Assembly: GCF_009914755.1 (NCBI RefSeq)
Contig: NC_060934.1
Source of the DNA: the human T2T-CHM13v2.0 reference genome, Homo sapiens
DNA: 64,000 nucleotides
Direction: 5' to 3' (one strand)
Shown here piece after piece: positions 37,071 to 49,740 of the stretch. How positions within the stretch are numbered: position 1 is the stretch's first letter; each line of letters begins with the position of its first letter. The translations under genes and the position numbers were made by a program. Below the pieces are notes generated by a model that searched no databases, was not told the DNA's origin, and saw nothing but the letters and a program-made list of their open reading frames with translations.

Positions 37071-38569
37071 ATTTCTGATTTGGGCTTGGATTTTAATTTA
37101 TTTTTTATTGAATGTTGGATAGGTATTTACCCATTCACACAATGTTGTCTAAATGTTCATCATACTTTCTAAAGTTAAGGGATAAAGTACGCTGAAAGGT
37201 AGCTATTACCTAAAATAATAACTATACCTCAGGCGAGATAATACATATTATGAATTGAGAATAAACATGCATTAAATAAGTGGTAAAGCGATACAAATTG
37301 AGTTTATACAGTAGAAAATAGAAGGGGGTTATTTCTATTGGCAGCCATAAGGCTAGAGTATGTTGGGCATAATTCTTCTTTACCAGATACAATGTTTTGT
37401 ATAGAAGTATACTCAGTAGATTTTTTAATTCTGTGTTTCTGGAACTAAACAGAAATGTGTGGAAATTGTAGAATTGGGCAAGAAATGGAATTAGAAGATT
37501 CAAGAGTTAATCCAACGGATGTGCATAGATTGAAGAAATAAGTCCAAGAAAATAATAAATGGATTAGAATTTTGCAATCTCTAGTACTCATAGTTTTTTA
37601 AAAGCAATATTAATCAATGAAATACATATATGTGCATCCATTCTATGCCAAGAACATCACAGTTACCTTGGTACTTGAGACACGGAGACAAATAAGACAC
37701 TGTCTATCTCTATAAAAACATCATAGACTTTCATTCTAGTGAGAGAGAAAAACACACATAAACTAGGAATGACAAAATAAGACACATACAAATAACAACA
37801 TGTGTGAAGCATTTCATATTTACAAAATAAACATAAAATACTGTTCATTTTCTGAAAAACTTTCTCCATTTATCTTGAAATATGTAGTATTTCTGTCAAA
37901 TTTTATAATCTATTATTAGGTATAGAAACATAAATACAGAGATAAGTTTTTCAATAATAAAAATATTCCCAGTGGAAAATGGCGATGGATACTTAGTCTT
38001 AATGTCAGTGGCATCACAGGGATTGGTACAGACACTGGTGAACTAAAAATATCACACGGTTTAAAGGCAGTGGACTATACTTGGAAATTGTTGCTGTAGA
38101 CAACAGCAGGCTCAGCATTACCAAATTATCTCATTTTTTTGAGTAGAAATAAATTTTGATATTTTAATGTGCAAAGCCTTTAAAAATGTGTTCAATTCAA
38201 AAAAGTGGCTAAGAAAAAAATTAAAAATAAAGTTTAAAAAACCCTCAAAACTATATCTGTGGGTGGAATCAACATTCAGGTTTCTGCTGTTTGATCCTGA
38301 ACTCAAGGACTTATAAAAGGGAGGCATGAAGAAGAGCTCTGCAAAAACTATAGAAAATTGGAAGATACAGAAAGAACACTGAAGAAAAAGCTACTGTCCT
38401 TAGATTTTCTATGGAAAATTAGGTCAGGTATAAAGAACATATTCCTAATCAGATGAGGAACTTTTAAATCAGTGAAATCATAGAACTGCTTCTTTGGAGG
38501 CCTTAATTTTTCATCTGTTTGGGGTTATTTAAATGAAGCCATTGCAAGTGTGTCCTATTTTTTCAAAGT

Positions 38570-38745
38570 ATATTTTGTGGACTCCCCAACTGTAATCACA
38601 GGATGTGCTTGTTAAAATGCAGATTCCCAGACACCTTTCCAGATACAGAATCAAATATTTTTGGTTGGGTACAGAATTCTGATTTTTTAAAAAAATTAAC
38701 TCTAGTTAACTTTGATACAAAGTACATGTTGAGAATTATACCACT
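38570..38745. mobile_element. MER5-type hAT-Charlie relic
   Basis: GCTTGTTAAAATGCAGATTCCCAG...CAGAATCAAA...TTGAGAATTA. Confidence 0.65.
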
Positions 38746-39123
38746 GGACTCACAGCCACCAAAGACACTTGTTTAGTTGGCGACTTTGAGACCCAGTCAG
38801 ACTTATGAGTACCTCGGAACTGGAACCCAAGAGACGTATTTATAACAAGTTTAACTAGGTGACATTAATGTGTCTTCAGCTACATGGAGGCTATATTTTA
38901 TTGCATTATATATTCTTCCTTCTTGTTACTAATTTCTTTGGATGCCCGCTTTTACAATAAAATTAATAATTTAGAAGCTTATAACTTCTTTGTAAAATGG
39001 CATTTCTAGCCCAAATACTTGTTTAAATTCAGCATAAAAAAGAAAACCTAGTTCATAAGTGATATGTCATTAAGGATCACTGTTGTTTATCATGAATTTC
39101 ATTGTATCTTTAAAAACATGACG

Positions 39124-39285
39124 TTTTTATTTTTATTTTTTAATTTTTATTTATTTATTTTTTTTAAGTAGAGACTGGATTTCACCATGTTGGCCAGCCT
39201 GTCTCGAACTCCTGACCTCAGATGATCCACCAGCCTTGGCCTCCCAAAGTGCTGGGATTACAGGCATGAGCCACTGCACCTGGCC
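39124..39285 (-). mobile_element. Solo Alu left monomer (AluS-like) with tail and TSD
   Basis: About 42-nt T-rich tail, then GTAGAGACTGGATTTCACCATGTTGGCCAG...GAACTCCTGACCTCAGATGATCCACC...CACCTGGCC; TSD TAAAAA(C/T)ATGAC at 39111-39122 and 39286-39297. Confidence 0.88.
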
Positions 39286-39740
39286 TAAAAATATGACTAT
39301 TTGGTAAACATCACCAGGGTCCTAAGAATATTGTGTAGATTATTTCCAGTGGGATGGTAGCCATTGAGCAACCAACTGATCAAATTTTAAGATCTTGTAA
39401 GATCTTGTAAGATGTAAAATGTAGCACTTTCGTAATTACCTAACTTATTTGTGAATCTGCTTTTGAATAATAGTAAAATTGTGTTTTCAAAGCCATCTTA
39501 CTCAGAAGTAAATTATGTTAATATACAATAAAGAGAACATACACTTTTACTATATGTATATGGAAAATTACTATATCATAAGGTCTTCTATACAGCTAAA
39601 ATTTTTGTGACCTGGGTACCTGGACTTCAATTGAGTGAGAAAATGAAACTAAGAAAGTTACAGCATTGATGAATAGCATAGTATATACTATATTAACAGT
39701 CATTACTATATATTAAAAAGTAGCTTAAAAGAAAAGAAAA

Positions 39741-40020
39741 GGCCAGGCACGGTGGCTCATGCCTGTAATTCGAGGTGGGAGGATCACAAGGTCAGGAGTT
39801 CAAGACCAACCTGGCCAAGATGGTGAAACCCCAACTCTAAAAATACAAAAAAAAAAAAAATTAGTCAGGCATAGTGGCGGGCACCTATAATCTCAGCTAC
39901 TTGGGAGGCTGAGGCAGAGAATTTCTTGAACCCGGGAGGCAGAGATCGCACTGAGCTGAGATCGCCACTGCAGTCCATCCTGGGAGACAGAGTGAGACTC
40001 CATTTCAAAAAAAAAAAAAG
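39741..40020 (+). mobile_element. AluS (Sg/Sc-like) with an ~18-bp deletion in the left arm
   Basis: GGCCAGGCACGGTGGCTCATGCCTGTAATT|CGAGGTGGGAGGATCACAAGGTCAGGAG... with an A-tail. Confidence 0.92.
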
Positions 40021-41962
40021 AAGAAGAGTAAGAGTAAGAATAGGAGAAAGAGGAGGATATAGAATGGAATAAGAGTCACAGAATGAGAGTATTCAGCCCA
40101 ACTGTAACTTTGTTTTCAAGATATATTAGAAGCCTGGGGAATTCTTCTATAAATTCTACTTCCCATTTAGCATGTTCTAAAGTTCTTCTGTCATGTCAGT
40201 ATAATATGAGAAGAGGTAACGTATTTTGATACCTCCTGTTTTCTATAGACAAAGTATGTAGATTAAGTACATGAGTATTTGAGGTTCAAATGCACCTATT
40301 AAAATGACAGTATAAGTATCTATTTAACTGGAGCAATAAACATACATATCTTTCCTAAAGTGATACTTAGGTTATTACAAATGCCCTATTAGGTTTAGTT
40401 ATCTTCCTCATTTAAAACACTTTCCACATACAGATAGTAGTAGACTACTAACCTTATGCTGGAACATACATTATGATGTAAAACCGGGGAAATATTTCAG
40501 GTAAACTCATTCTCAGCAGTGGTACATGATTATGAAGCTGTGTTTTATCAACATGATTGCTGTGAGCACCAAATAAGAACATGCAAGTAGCTTGGTTAGC
40601 ATAATGTATAGCACAGAGTAAGAATATAACAAATGTGAGTTACTAGGATTGTAAAGATTATCATTATTATTGTTTGAATAGTAATCTCTGTATGTAAATA
40701 GACATACATATTCTACTAACAGATTTGTGTTATCTACTTGAGTGTGTGTATATATGCGTGTGTGGCTATGTGGGCACCAGTGGAGCAATAATGAGTTTGC
40801 TACATGTTATATATTTCTAGAATCACTAATTATGTTGAAATATTATTACAAAAGTATGTGCCTTAACAAACTAATAAATACTTTGGTGTCTAAATAAGCT
40901 CACCATAGAGCAAAATATATGAAGACACACAGAGATAGCTATATATAGAGACAACGGCAGCATGTTATTCCATATGGAAAAAAAAATTTGTATCTGCAGA
41001 TAAAATGGCACTCCAGGAGGATATCAAAGCATCAAATGGATGTTTTCATTAAAAGAAAATTTGTACATGAATTTTTAAAATTTCAGTTCATGATGTTACT
41101 CATTAGCTCTATTTTTAACAAAATGTTCCCTTTTGCATAGAGAAAGGAAAGTCAAACACTGATCTTCAATATTAATAGTTAAGAACCTGAAAACATCTTA
41201 CATTTTATTTTATAGGTTTAATCTAACTTAAAAAAAATGTTAAATAAAAGACAATGAAATTGAAGACCCCTCCTGGAGAAACTAGTGAGGATACTAATAT
41301 AGACTCTACCTCCTCAAAAACCTAACTTCAAAGAGATTTTAAAGAAGTCATCAATTCTCTCACATGGCAGACTGGGATAACATCTGTTAATAGAGACTTA
41401 AAAAAAGTAAGTAATTTAAGGAAGAAGGGTTGATAATTCATTGATTGGGATAAGAGAGGAAATGGCAAGAGAAACAGGTATGGTTTCATAATGACATTGA
41501 GATAAGTCTCAAAGGCTGAAGGAAGAATTTAATATAATTATTACATCTAGTGATACTGATGAGAAACACATCCCTTCTCCCTCAGTTTTCTTTTTGTGCG
41601 TAATCTTGTAACAGATTGTTCATGTTTTCAGTAAATACTGGGAGTGAGGAATGGTGGAATGCAGAGATGTTAAGCAGAGGGATTTGGTCCCACCAAAGGT
41701 ACTCTAAATTAAATAAGATGTGCTCACTTTGCAAAAGTGACTTCAAGATAAGTGCCTAGCTTCCACCATTACTGCTATACTCCACTTCTAACAAAATTAT
41801 CATCTTTAATTTTCTAGACTGCCGCACTAGAACCATCATAGTGTGGACCAAATTTACACTATTTTTCTACTTCCTATTTCTATTCTTCTAAAGTTCTTAA
41901 TCTGTGTTCTAAATCTGGGACTGGGCTTCTAAGAGTAGGTTCACTGATTGTGTTATCCAAGA

Positions 41963-42272
41963 CAGGGGTTGGCAAATTATAGCTCACCGGACAAATCCAA
42001 CCCACACCTGATTTTTGTAAGGCTGAAAGGGTAAGAATGGTTTTGACATTTTTAAACAGTTGGGGAAAAAATCAAAAAAACAGATATTTCTTAACATGGG
42101 AAAATTATATAAAATTTAAATGTCCACAATCTTGTTCCCCTTTTAAAGATATATTGTTGATTATTTTAACACTACAACAACCAGAGTTAAATCGTTGCAG
42201 CAGAGATGACGCGGCCCACAAAAGCCCTAAAGATTTACTTTGTTCTTTACAGAAAAAGTTTGCTGACCCCCA
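41963..42272. mobile_element. MER58 (MER58B-like) hAT-Charlie element
   Basis: TIRs CAGGGGTTGGCAAA ... TTTGCTGACCCC; internal TAAGAATGGTTTTGACATTTTTAAA. Confidence 0.82.
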
Positions 42273-44654
42273 ACTCAATAACTTATTTTATATAAACATA
42301 AATTTTTCAGGAAAATAATACTGTGAACCCATAATATGATTGTAGCATAATGGGAAAATTAGGCAAAGATTGATAAAATACCAATCTTATTATTATACAG
42401 TCACATATCATATAGGAAAAATCTGATACAATGGATTTAATATATCAGATGGGAATTTGAGATAAAAAAGATTCTAATATTTCTAGTCTTATAAATGAAA
42501 CTGAGCCTAAATGAAGCTTTCAGGGGAAATGATCATGTAAGACAAATTACAGGGGTTGGTTTCTAAAACCGATTCTTTTTACTCTTTACTGAAGGTCAAG
42601 GATACTGAATGTGCCAGTGCACCTTCAGAAAGCAGCCTGCATCAGCACATTTAAACCACTGAATGGTCTCACCACCTAGTTTCTTGTGAAAGCTGAGCAA
42701 TACATTTTGTGATAGATACCACTGAGAAAGTTAGGCAGAAATTGTTATTAGTAGTATATGACAATCATAATAGTCTAACTTTTACTGTAAAACTCTATTA
42801 TTTATATGTTTTCTATACATCCTGTAGGATTATCTGTATTTTGCAATAGAATTGCAATGTGTAAGAGAAAAAGAGGCAGTCTATGTTTCCATTGTCATTC
42901 TAAGGGACATATTATCCATACAACACCTCCTTTTTCCCCTTTACTGAAAAGCTGTGTATAAAACACTCTACCATGCTTTCCTGAAACATAAAAGAAGATT
43001 TATTACTATTTTAATAAAGAAGTAAGAATAAAAATATCCAATCTCCTAATATTCAATGGAGAAGAATATATATTCTTTTTTAGGAGGACACAAAAATAGC
43101 AAGCTTAAGTATATTCTGTTCCCTAAGGTACTGTGTAGGTGGAGAAAATTATTTTTCGTTTAAAATTATATACTTGTAGTTCATTTTAAGTAAGCCCAGT
43201 GGACATAAAGCTGATTCATTCACAAATGCAAAATTTTGTTGTAATTATTTGCTTAACCAAAGCAATATTCATCAAAAATGGATTAATGCTAGGATTATTT
43301 TATTTCAAGTAAATGAACATATATTGATTAGTGACCTTCCAAACCCCATGCTAGCAACAGTAATTACTATTATTAATAAAATACATCCTCTAGTGCATAT
43401 TAAATGGTTCAATTTATTAAATATGCTGATCTCTGCATACCTCCTCAAGATTATTTTTTAAGAAAAGTTTACTTTGCCTGAGAAAGAAAAGATGAAATAT
43501 GCAAACACTAAGTTTACTAAAACCACCAAATACAAGCTGCCTTGGAGTCCCGTTGTTCTGAATTGTCTTACCCTCTTAAAATCAGATGTTTTAAGCAGAT
43601 AACTCAATTTTTCATACAATATAAAATGTCCAAAATCCGTGTAATTCTCTGCCTCTGAATACATAGTCTCTATCTATTTTTCTCATTGTTTTAATCTAAA
43701 AGGAACATTATGTTTTCTCTTTTTAAAAGTACCCTCCTTCAGCATTGTTTTTACTTCTAAACTCCTTAGATTTTCTCCTCAAATCCCATTTTTCTCCGCA
43801 CAATCTCATCCTCCTTTAGCTAGAATCACTCACTGGTGATTAAACAGAGTCACGCAGAAAATAATGAATGCAAAAATGTGGGCAGGAAGAAAGAGAAGGG
43901 AAGAAATATTCTTCAGGAAAGAAAATGAAACGGTATTTGTCAGCGATGTTGTAAAGGGGAAGAAACATTAGAGAAAGGGTGATTGGTTGATAGTGTCAAA
44001 CGCTGTAAAGAAAGGAAAGAAGAGGTATTTTTTAAATTAGCAAAGTGGAGAATCATTTTTAAACTTTGAGTTAGAGTTATTACTGAGGAATGAGAATTTA
44101 AGTTTCCTTTGTGGTTTTCTGTGCTTACTAAATCACCAGCTCTTCTTATAAGGTGAGTGATATTGCCTAAGTAAGAATGAGAGTCTGTGGGGAAGGCTGG
44201 TGAACATACTTTGATGAAAAAATGGACTGTAAAGGAGTACCATCCCTGTCATAGGAAGAGATATTTTAGTGTCTGAATCTGTGAGGGGGTGTGTGGAGGT
44301 CAATGTTGATGCTCTATGTATCTACCGGAGGAAATTTATGTGTGTGTGTGTGTTTATCTATTGTAAGGGGAAGCCGTGAGATATCAGACTTCCCTGGCTT
44401 TTCCTATCTCTGATAAGAAACACTGTAGTTCTAGGGAAGCTGAGCGCTGGAAAGGACCTTGACTTTGATAAATACAATGATTGGTGACAAGATTTAAATT
44501 TTGTTTTCCATGAGTTCTGGTGATAGGGCATTCTGGCTTGTTTTATGTCATTTGTCCTAATCCTCTTAACCTCTTAACCTATTCTACAAACCACTTTAAA
44601 TATTTCTTCTCATTATTCCAAACCCTTGCTGTCAAACATCATTGTAACCTGTGT

Positions 44655-44857
44655 GTATATATATATATAATATATATAATATATAATATATATAATTATA
44701 TATAATATATATAATATATATTATATAATTATATATATAATATATAATATATATTATATATAATATATATTATATAATATATATTTTCTATATATTATAT
44801 ATAATATATATTATATAATTATATATATATTATATATAATTATATTATATATATATT
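44655..44857. repeat. ~200-bp (TA)-rich low-complexity tract
   Basis: Almost pure A/T, built from TATA/TAATA units. Confidence 0.95.
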
Positions 44858-46656
44858 TTTCCCACTACAGTGGGAAAAACCATTAATCCAGTGGCTATTT
44901 CCTGTACACTATCTCTCGTGTCTGTGAGCTCCTTTCTATTTCTATTGCCATCAGTGTCTTTCACAACCTCCTCTTTCTTTATGATGTGTTTCAAAGCAGA
45001 TTCTTTATTTTCATTCTCCCAAGACCTGCTGCACCTTGCCTACTAATGTCAGATACGTTTTCTTCAAATGTCACACTTCAGGTTAGTTATTTGATTGAAT
45101 GCCTATGTGATTCCCACTACTTCCATATAAAGTCCAATCCAATCAACTTAATTATTCACAGTTTTGTTCAATTGATTTTACTTTCCCTGCCTGACTTTCC
45201 ATTTGTCTATTCAAGGTAGACTAGTTTCCACCATTGCGCTGACTTCTTGCCCTGAAATCACTACTTACAGCCTTACTCATCAAAGCAAACGACATCAATT
45301 AATGAAGTAAAACTCTTGTCCTAGGCTGTCTATTGGTCTTCTCTGATCCTTTGGCGGCAGAAGCTCTGCATACATCCATCTTGCCTAGACAGTGTTATGC
45401 AAATTAACACAACCAAAAACAAAAGTCAAATTGTGGTTCCTTTTATATATTTTATAAGTACTATTATTAATAATGAAAAGACTTTTTTTTAAAATTTGAC
45501 TAACTTTTTTACATAATACTATCTACTTCATAACATGAAAGGATTAAGTGGATTTTTATAAATAATGTGCATAGAACCATGCTGAGAAAAATATGAATGT
45601 TCTAACATTGGTACTGATTGTTATTGTTATTTTTACTGCTAATTCTTAATTAGTAGAGACAAATGTTGACTGAACTATTTCTTTGGCGAGAAATAAATAA
45701 TGCCATATTTTGGGCTCTTCAAGCCGAGTCTCTTCTGGCTTGGAACACTAAACTATATAAATTGACCCTTATTATTTAAAATGTAAACCACATTAAAAAT
45801 TCATTTTCTTAATCAAGATGAAGCTAAGATATTTGGTTTCCAAACCATTAAAATTTTTATGAGCAATTCTCTGTAAAAGCATTTACCTCTGGTATAGTCG
45901 ACTACTAGTTATGTACTAATAACTATTACTAGGATCCATTAGCTACTCGCTTTGATCTGTGTTGTCATGAATAGGAAGATTTGGAAACTGTTGATGGTTT
46001 ATACATTGACTATACAAAATACTATATTTTAAAATGAAATCATATGAAATTAATTTATCAAGATTAACTGTAGTGATTACAAGGAAAGAACAGAGAGTAC
46101 ATGTTTGATACATTAAAAAATCTTTTCAAAAACCAAAGAAAATCATGGGTTTAGATTATAAAGTCATAAGGTGATAAGGCAACTTTTGCTCATGCGGAAA
46201 TATGTTAATTAGTTTTATAATATTGTTTCTCCATCGAAGTACTTATACATGTGTTTGGCTACTTAAAATAGGGTAAAGAAATAAATAAATAAATTATAAT
46301 GCTCTAAATGAAATTTGGCATATACCATCTCTCAAATTTGCAGTTTATAGTGCAGGAACAAAAAAGAAAAGGGAAGTGTGATGAAAATATTTAGAACCAC
46401 TTGTCTAGAGTTTAAAAGAATTAGTAGCAAAAATATTACAAAATATAAAACTACTGATTGCCTTGAATTTGTTACCTGATCCCAAGTTATGAACATTAAA
46501 AGTGTCATAAAGAAACAAAGTCAGACACTTGTTAAAAATAGCAAGACAGATCTTAGTAAGATACTGCAGTAGGGAAGAGAGACTTCAGTGGAAACTGGGT
46601 TCAGCTCTGATGAAACAAAAGGCAGAAGGCTGTTTAAATGCTGGAATATGCTAAAG

Positions 46657-47177
46657 TAGGGGTTCCCAATCCCTGGGCCATGGACCAGTATGGGTCTGTG
46701 GCCCGTTAGGAACTGGGCTGCATAGCAGGAGGCGAATGGTGAGTGAGCAAGTCTAAGTAACACTTTGTATTTACAGTGGCTCCCCATCACTGGCATTATT
46801 GCCTGAGCTCTACCTCCTGTCAGATAAGCCACAGTATTAGATTCTCATAGTAGTGCAAACCTTATTGTGAACTGTGCATATGAGGGGTCTAGGTTGCGTG
46901 CTCCTAATGAGAATCTAATGCCTGGTGATCTGTCAATGTTCCCATCACCCAGGTGGGATTGTCTAGTTGCAGGAAAACAAGCTCAGGACTCCCATTGATT
47001 CTACATTATGGTGAGTTATATAATTATTTCATTACATATTACAATGTGATAATAAAGTACACAATACACGTAATGCACTTGAATTGTCCTAAAATCATCC
47101 CCCCACCCCACTGGGTCCGTAGAAAAATTGTCTTCAGTGAAACTGGTCCCTGGTGCCAAAAAGACTGGGGACCACTG
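46657..47177. mobile_element. MER1A hAT-Charlie DNA transposon
   Basis: TIR-like ends TAGGGGTTCCCAA ... CTGGGGACCACTG; internal TCTAGTTGCAGGAAAACAAGCTCAGG; perfect 8-bp TSD TGCTAAAG at 46649-46656 and 47178-47185. Confidence 0.92.
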
Positions 47178-47461
47178 TGCTAAAGCAAAAGTACCAAAGC
47201 ACTTTGAGGTGGATGCTTAATGTGATTAGCCCAGTTGTGTTTGCTAACTGGCACTTACAGAAATAAAGTCCCTACTTTACCACAGAGACTGGGAAATAGA
47301 GGCCCTATCTTTCTCAATGGTTACATTTCAAAAGGAGGTCTCCCAGGTCCTTGAGAAAGACATTCCTGAGTTGCAGATACATTTCACAACGACAAGGAAA
47401 GGACTACAAGTTTCCTAATGTAAATTCTCTAAGAAAAGGGAAGTCTGGGACCCATAGCCAA

Positions 47462-49740
47462 TGATATGGTTTGGTTCTGTGTCCCCACCCAAATCTCATC
47501 TTGTAGCTTCCATAATTCCCATGTGTTGTGGGAGGGACCCAGTGGGAGATGACTGAGTTATGAGGGGGAGACTTTTCCTGCTGTTCTCATGATGGTGAAT
47601 GGGTCTCCTGAGATCTGATGGTTTTAAAAATGGGAGTTTGCCTGCACAAGCTCTCTCTTTGCCTGCTGCCATCCATGTAAGATGTCACTTGCTCCTCCTT
47701 GCCTTCCACCATGATTGTGAGGCTTCCCCAGCCACATGGAACTGCGAGTTCTCTATTAAACTTTTTTCCTTTGTAAATTGCTCAGTCTCAGGTGTGTCTT
47801 TATCAGCAGCTTGAAAACAGACTAATACAGTAAATTGGTACCAGTAGAGTGAAGCTTTGCTGAAAAGATACCTGAAAATGTGGAAACAACTTTGGAACTG
47901 GCTAACAGGCAGAGGTTGGAACAGTTTAGAGGGCTCAGAAGAAGAGAGGAAAATGTAGGAAATTTTGGAACTCCCTAGAGACTTGTTGAATAGCTTTGAC
48001 AAAAATGCTGATAGTGATATGAACAATAACATCCAGGCTGAGGTGGTCTCAGTTGGAGATGAGGAACTTGTTGGAAACTGGAGCAAAGGTGACTTCTGTT
48101 ATGTTTTAGCAAAGAGACTGGCAGCATTTTGCCCCTGCCTTAGAGATTTGTGGAACTTTGAACTTGAGAGAGATGATTTAGGGATATGTGGCAAAATAAA
48201 TTTCTAAGCAGCAAAGCATTTAAGAGGTGATTTGGGTGCTGTTAAAGGCATTCAGCTTTACAAAGGAGGCAGAACATGAATATTCAGAAATTTTGCAGCC
48301 TAATGATGTGATAGAAAAGAAAATCCCATTTTCTGAGAAGAAATTCAAGCGGGCGGCAGAAATTTGCAGTAGTAACAAGGAACACAATAGGGGAAATGTC
48401 TCCAGGGCCTGTCAGAGGTCTTCACAGCAGGCCCTTATACCACAGGCCTGGAAGACTAGGAGAAAATGGTTTCATGGGCAGGGCTCAAAGTCCCCCTGCT
48501 GTGTGCAGCCAGGGACCTGATGCCCTGCTTCCAAGCCACTCCAGCCATGGGTGAAAGGGGCCAATTTAGAGCTTGAGCTGTGGCTTCAGAGGGTGCAGGC
48601 CCTGAGCCTTGGCAGTTTCCACGTGGTGTTGAGCCTGCAAGTGTACAGAAGTCAAGAATTGAGTTTTGGGAACCTCTGCCTAGATTTCAGAAAATATATG
48701 GAAATGCCTGGATGTCCAGGCAGAACTTTGCTGCAGGGGCCTGGCCCTCATGGAGAACCTCTCCTAGGGCAGTGCAGAAGGGAAATGTGGGGTTGAAGTC
48801 CCTACACAGTGTCCCTATTGGGGCACTGCCTAGTAGAGCTGTGAGAAAAGGGCCACTGTCCTCCAGACCCCAGAATGGTAGATCCACTGACAGCTTGCAC
48901 AGTTCACCTGGAAAAGCTGCAGACACTCAATACCAGCCCATGAAAGCAGCTGGGAATGAGACTGTAGCCTGCAAAGCCACAGGGATGGAGCTTCCCAAGA
49001 CCATGGGAACTCAACTCTTCCATCAGTGTGACCTGGATGTGAGACATGGATTTAAAGGAGATGATTTTGGAGCTTTAAGGTTTGACTGCCCCCTGGATTT
49101 CCAACTTACATGGGGCCTGTAGCCCCTTTGCTTCGGCAAATTTCTCCCATTTGGAATGGCTGTATTTTCCCAACGACTGTATCCGCATTGTATCTAGGAA
49201 GTAAGTAACTTGCTTTTGATTTTACAGGCTCATAGGCAGAAGGCCCTTGCCTTGTCTAGGATAAGACTCTGGACTGTGGACTTTTGAGTTAATGCTGAAA
49301 TGAGACTCTGGGGGACTCTCGGGAAGGCATATTTGGTTTTGAAATGTGGAAATATGAGATTTGGGAAGTGGAATGGTATGATTTGGCTGTGTCCCCACCC
49401 AAATCTCATCTTGAAGCTCCCATAGTTCCCACGTGTTTTGGGAGGGAGCTGGTGGGAGATGATTGAATCATGGGGGCAGATCTTTCCCGTACTGTTCTCA
49501 TGATAGTGAATGGGTCTCACGAGATCTGATGGTTTTAAAAATGGAAGTTTGCCTGCACAAACTCTCTCTTTGCCTGCTGCCATCCACATAAGATGTGACG
49601 TGCTCCTCCTTGCCTTCCACCACAATTATGAGACTTCCTCAGCCATGTGGAACTGTGAGTTTTTCATTAAACTTCTTTCGTTTGTTAATTGTCCAGTCTT
49701 GGGTATGTCTTTATCAGCAGTGTGAAAATGGACTAATACA
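47462..49740 (+). mobile_element. Full-length THE1 (THE1A-like) MaLR: 5' LTR 47462-47829, internal region 47830-49373, 3' LTR 49374-49740
   Basis: Paired LTRs TGATATGGTTTGG...CCCACCCAAATCTCATCTTG...ACTAATACA; internal region starts GTAAATTGGTACCAG; TSD GCCAA/GCCAG. Confidence 0.95.

Noticed and set aside
47965-49122. ORFs up to 180 aa in the THE1 interior
   Set aside because: Fragmented remnants of the MaLR internal ORF that are common to THE1 copies.
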